Assembly: GCF_963853765.1 (NCBI RefSeq)
Contig: NC_088854.1
Coordinates: forward strand, 25,482,001-25,546,000
DNA length: 64,000 nt
Direction: 5' to 3'
Source: Magallana gigas
Lineage: Eukaryota
The notes under the pieces were generated by a model, which saw only the letters and a program-made list of their open reading frames with translations, did not search any database and was not told the origin of the DNA. The first letter of the stretch is position 1. Every line of letters begins with the position of its first letter. Both the position numbers and the translations under genes were made by a program. Shown piece by piece: positions 61,081-64,000 of the stretch.

Positions 61081-63936
61081 ACACATCATGATGTACAAGA
61101 TATTTACATGTACTTTGTTGATATGAAGCAATATATCTTATTACTGAAATTCATTTGTAAATTATGTTTTTTGCTCTATGACCACTATTTCAATTTTTTT
61201 ATTAATGCCTGCTACAATTAGATCCAACCTATTCACATCTTGGCAGTGGGAAGGGACACTGAAATTTTGCATAGACTGTTCCAGTATGCGATGCAGTTTA
61301 CCCAAAGAAGTGTGGTATATTCCTCTGGTAACCACCTAGCATCCAAAGTTGTTCCAGATAGATATAATTCTTCCAATTATTTCATTGAAGGTAAGAGTTT
61401 CATTTATACCATGAGAACATTGTACGCAATTATATGGATTGTGCAAAGTAGGTATTAAACAGTTCGAGACCTAAAATAAGAGTGAAATGGAAGTGCACTC
61501 AATCAAAAATTAGGAGGGGGAGGGCATACCAAAGTGAAGGGCAACAATAGAAAGAGAGAGAAAAGGAAAAGAGTTATTAAGAAAAAAAAATTGAATTCAA
61601 AGCAAAATAAATCGTCAGCTACTTCTAATGCACCTCTCCCTTAGCATGACTTATGAGACAACTCTAATAGCTGAGTAATGCATAGATGTTGATTAAGACA
61701 ATTTTCTCTGAGAACTCATTATGCAGATTAGGGGATCTTTAAATCCCATCATCAATTAGATTGAAGGAATGCACAGTATGTTTAGATATCAATTTAAACT
61801 ACTGGTAATACAAATATCATAAAGAATAATTGGAGAAAAAAATTGTCTTTATATGGAACAATCATTTTTGTAATAAAAAATGGTAACCTCAAAATAATAA
61901 AATTGTAGGTATTACAAGTATCAGTATCAGAATTATAAACTACCTGTTGTGGATATGAAGTACATATTTATATAGAGAAGACAACAGATATGGTTAACTA
62001 TTATGATGATGAATCATCGACCATGTATAGAAATGCATTTTATTTTACATTTTTCACTGTGTAGTGTAAAAACCTTATTGAAATTTTAGGGGGTTCACTA
62101 TTGATAGCAAGTGAAGGAGTCTGTTACATGGGAAACATCACCAAATTCAAAAAGCAAACCTTGGAGAGGCTTCAATCTGGTAATTTTAATAAAATAAAGT
62201 TTCTTTAGCAGAAACAATCTTACCGTTCAACCAATATGCATCACATTGATATATACATGGGTTTGTACATTTCAGCTTTGTCCAGTGGAAAGGTATTGAT
62301 TGATGTTGACAGCAAGTTTACCAAAGGTCAAGCAGTGTCTATTGAGCAAACTCTTAGTACTACCGTCTGGGCCAATGCTGAAAAGTTGTACACTAAGAAA
62401 CCTAAAGAGGACCTTCTCTTTACTGGGGACTGCTCAGTTCCAAGAAATCTCTTTGAGTAATTATATATATTGTACATTCTCATAATTTTCAATTTCTTCT
62501 TTTAAAAAATTATGGGCTTTTTGAAAAGATAATTTTAAACTTTAAATTTGCAAATTCTTGAGGAAGGTGCAAGCTAGCAGTATTTAAATTCTGTGGTTTT
62601 ATCACAATTTGTTGAATACCGGTTTTCTTGAAATTTGTTGTTGAGTTGTTCAACAAAAATAAATGTTTATTAAGTGCATGCAGTAGTCTTATATTAGGAC
62701 ACATTGATAAGTTTATTGGCCACAAATGTTCACATACCCTTATACTGTGATTTTCACTACATACATAAGTATTAATTCCACAAATATTAGTGAAACTGCA
62801 GTACCCTGTACTTACAATATGTCTATATTGCAAAAAAAAAAATCTTTTTTAAGATCCTTCAGCATTGTTCAGATCACTGATGGGGAGGAATTCTCACATA
62901 ATGAAGAAGTGGATTTTCACATTTCCTACCAGTCACTGAAAATGTCAATGGATGACGAGGAAAGCAGTTTCAATTTACCTGTGTCCTTTGATGATTTTGA
63001 GCAGGTCATTTTAATGTGTACTTGTACCTTTTAAGATATATATTATGTTTGCTTTTAATTTTAACTTAAAAAATTCAAATATTTGATGAAGATAAAACAT
63101 CCAGTGGACATAAATTTATGTAGTCATAAGATTTTCTGTTAATTCAGTATTTTAAGCATATACAGAGAATTGATGTGAGGATAAGTCCAGAGGCTGAAAA
63201 ACTCCTGAACAGATATTATCTTGCAACAAGAAAAGCTAGAAACTTGTCTGATGGCAGTGTTATATCATCTAGCACATTATCAACATTGTACGTATATATA
63301 TATGAAATGTGGTGTTAACAAACAGTATTCAAAATCAAAAGTCCTAAGGGAAAGTACAAAAATGCAGAGAAGCAGAGCAAAACAGACCTCTACAAAAATG
63401 ACATATGCACTGTAACTACATCTACCAAAAATACCATAGAGTTTTTTTCTGCAAGGTCGAATAAAAGAAGACCAGTTTTATATTTTAAATTGTGGAAGCA
63501 TGGATGACTCCATTTGGACTATAGATGATGGCTGTAAACATAAAGGACTAATCAAACAATTATGTAATATGAGATTTAAATGACAATATTTACATACATG
63601 TATATATAGAGTCCTAGTACGTGTGCGCGTGTGTGTGTGTGTGTGCAGTATCTGAAGATTTTTAAACTAGAAATGTATTCGATTGCTGTAATTCATGTAT
63701 AATTTTGTTTATGACATATCCTGTGTATGTTATTTTAATTTGATTAACACCTTGTAAATATTGCACATTTTGCTTGTTGTCATTTTCACTTTGCTATGTT
63801 TGATTTCAGTAGTTGTTGATTTGTAGAATAGCCCTGGCTCAAAGTCATGCCCGTCTTTGTCTGCGGAATGTGGTAGAAGAAGAGGATGCACTAGAAGTCA
63901 TCCAGCTGTATGAAGAGTCCCTGACAATTATGTTTG
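54413..63936 (+). CDS. MCMDC2: Minichromosome maintenance domain-containing protein 2 (meiotic MCM-family pseudo-ATPase); continues beyond the window
   Basis: Exons: 54413-54520, 54630-54653, 56636-56696, 57479-57537, 58463-58565, 58720-58819 (GC donor), 58982-59086, 59497-59564, 59688-59780, 59877-59974, 60066-60083, 60152-60164 (tentative), 60481-60522, 60660-60707, 60900-60979, 61222-61390, 62090-62179, 62276-62456, 62854-63004, 63148-63287, 63827-63936. Matches to MCMDC2 as recalled: HYLDISG, FIRIHVPGA, KDFKCKFC, APGTFMKLKL, GGSLLIASEGVC, YYLATRKAR, QSHARLCLR. Confidence 0.9.
55061..55836. mobile_element. MITE with CAGGGGTTGAAATAT TIRs and a 5-bp TSD GTTAA (hAT5-like), host of a nested element
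   Basis: Perfect 15-bp TIRs; GTTAA at 55056-55060 and 55837-55841; internal GGGCTAG motifs. Confidence 0.8.
55298..55735. mobile_element. 438-bp long-TIR foldback MITE nested in the element above
   Basis: ~95-bp TIRs built from CAACTCGTATACA-like subrepeats, with GGA..TCC termini; flanking direct repeat TTAAAAT at 55291-55297 and 55736-55742. Confidence 0.85.
56736..56942. mobile_element. Degenerate ~200-bp MITE
   Basis: CAGGGTAATTTTTGCCCC loosely pairs with GGAGCAAATATTTCCCTG. Confidence 0.4.
57618..58194. mobile_element. Probable non-autonomous DNA transposon in an MCMDC2 intron
   Basis: Short degenerate ends AAAGGATTA and TATAGTCCTTT; repeated TGACGTCA motifs inside; composition differs from flanking intron. 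Confidence 0.45.
61034..61079. repeat. (CT)n microsatellite
   Basis: Uninterrupted run. Confidence 0.98.
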
Positions 63937-64000
63937 GTATGATGCAAGCAAATATTAATTCCTAATGCCTTGACTCTGTTTAAGTTATGTTTCGTTGGTG

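Noticed and set aside
1-64000. Prokaryotic features (operons, CRISPR arrays, defence islands, rRNA, intact tRNA)
   Set aside because: The sequence is spliceosomal-intron-rich animal DNA. I saw no repeat-spacer array, rRNA or complete cloverleaf by eye; tRNAscan-SE would be decisive.

Overview
Eukaryotic, AT-rich, intron-rich animal DNA, most likely an ostreid oyster (Crassostrea/Magallana-type; inferred from Helentron-like repeat ends, a ~160-bp satellite-like unit and gene style). Manual splicing gives nine protein-coding genes. In order: two tandem macrodomain-PARP paralogs (+; A is 5'-truncated by the window edge, B has 3 macrodomains and 931 aa), ATOX1 (-, absent from the ORF track), acid ceramidase ASAH1 (+, only 155 bp head-to-head with ATOX1), a CNBD2-like protein (+), a single-coding-exon atypical rhodopsin-type GPCR (-), a small Hip/ST13-type STI1-domain protein interrupted by an assembly gap (+), PLRG1 (-), and MCMDC2 (+, head-to-head with PLRG1, runs off the window). 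Introns carry many non-autonomous DNA elements. The most notable observation is that both macro-PARPs join PARP14/15-style macrodomain arrays to a catalytic domain that keeps an H-Y-E triad (REFVVY), whereas vertebrate macro-PARPs lack this glutamate. Paralog A also has a C-x2-C-x4-C-x2-H insert that paralog B lacks. All exon models and alignments were made by eye; no databases were searched.
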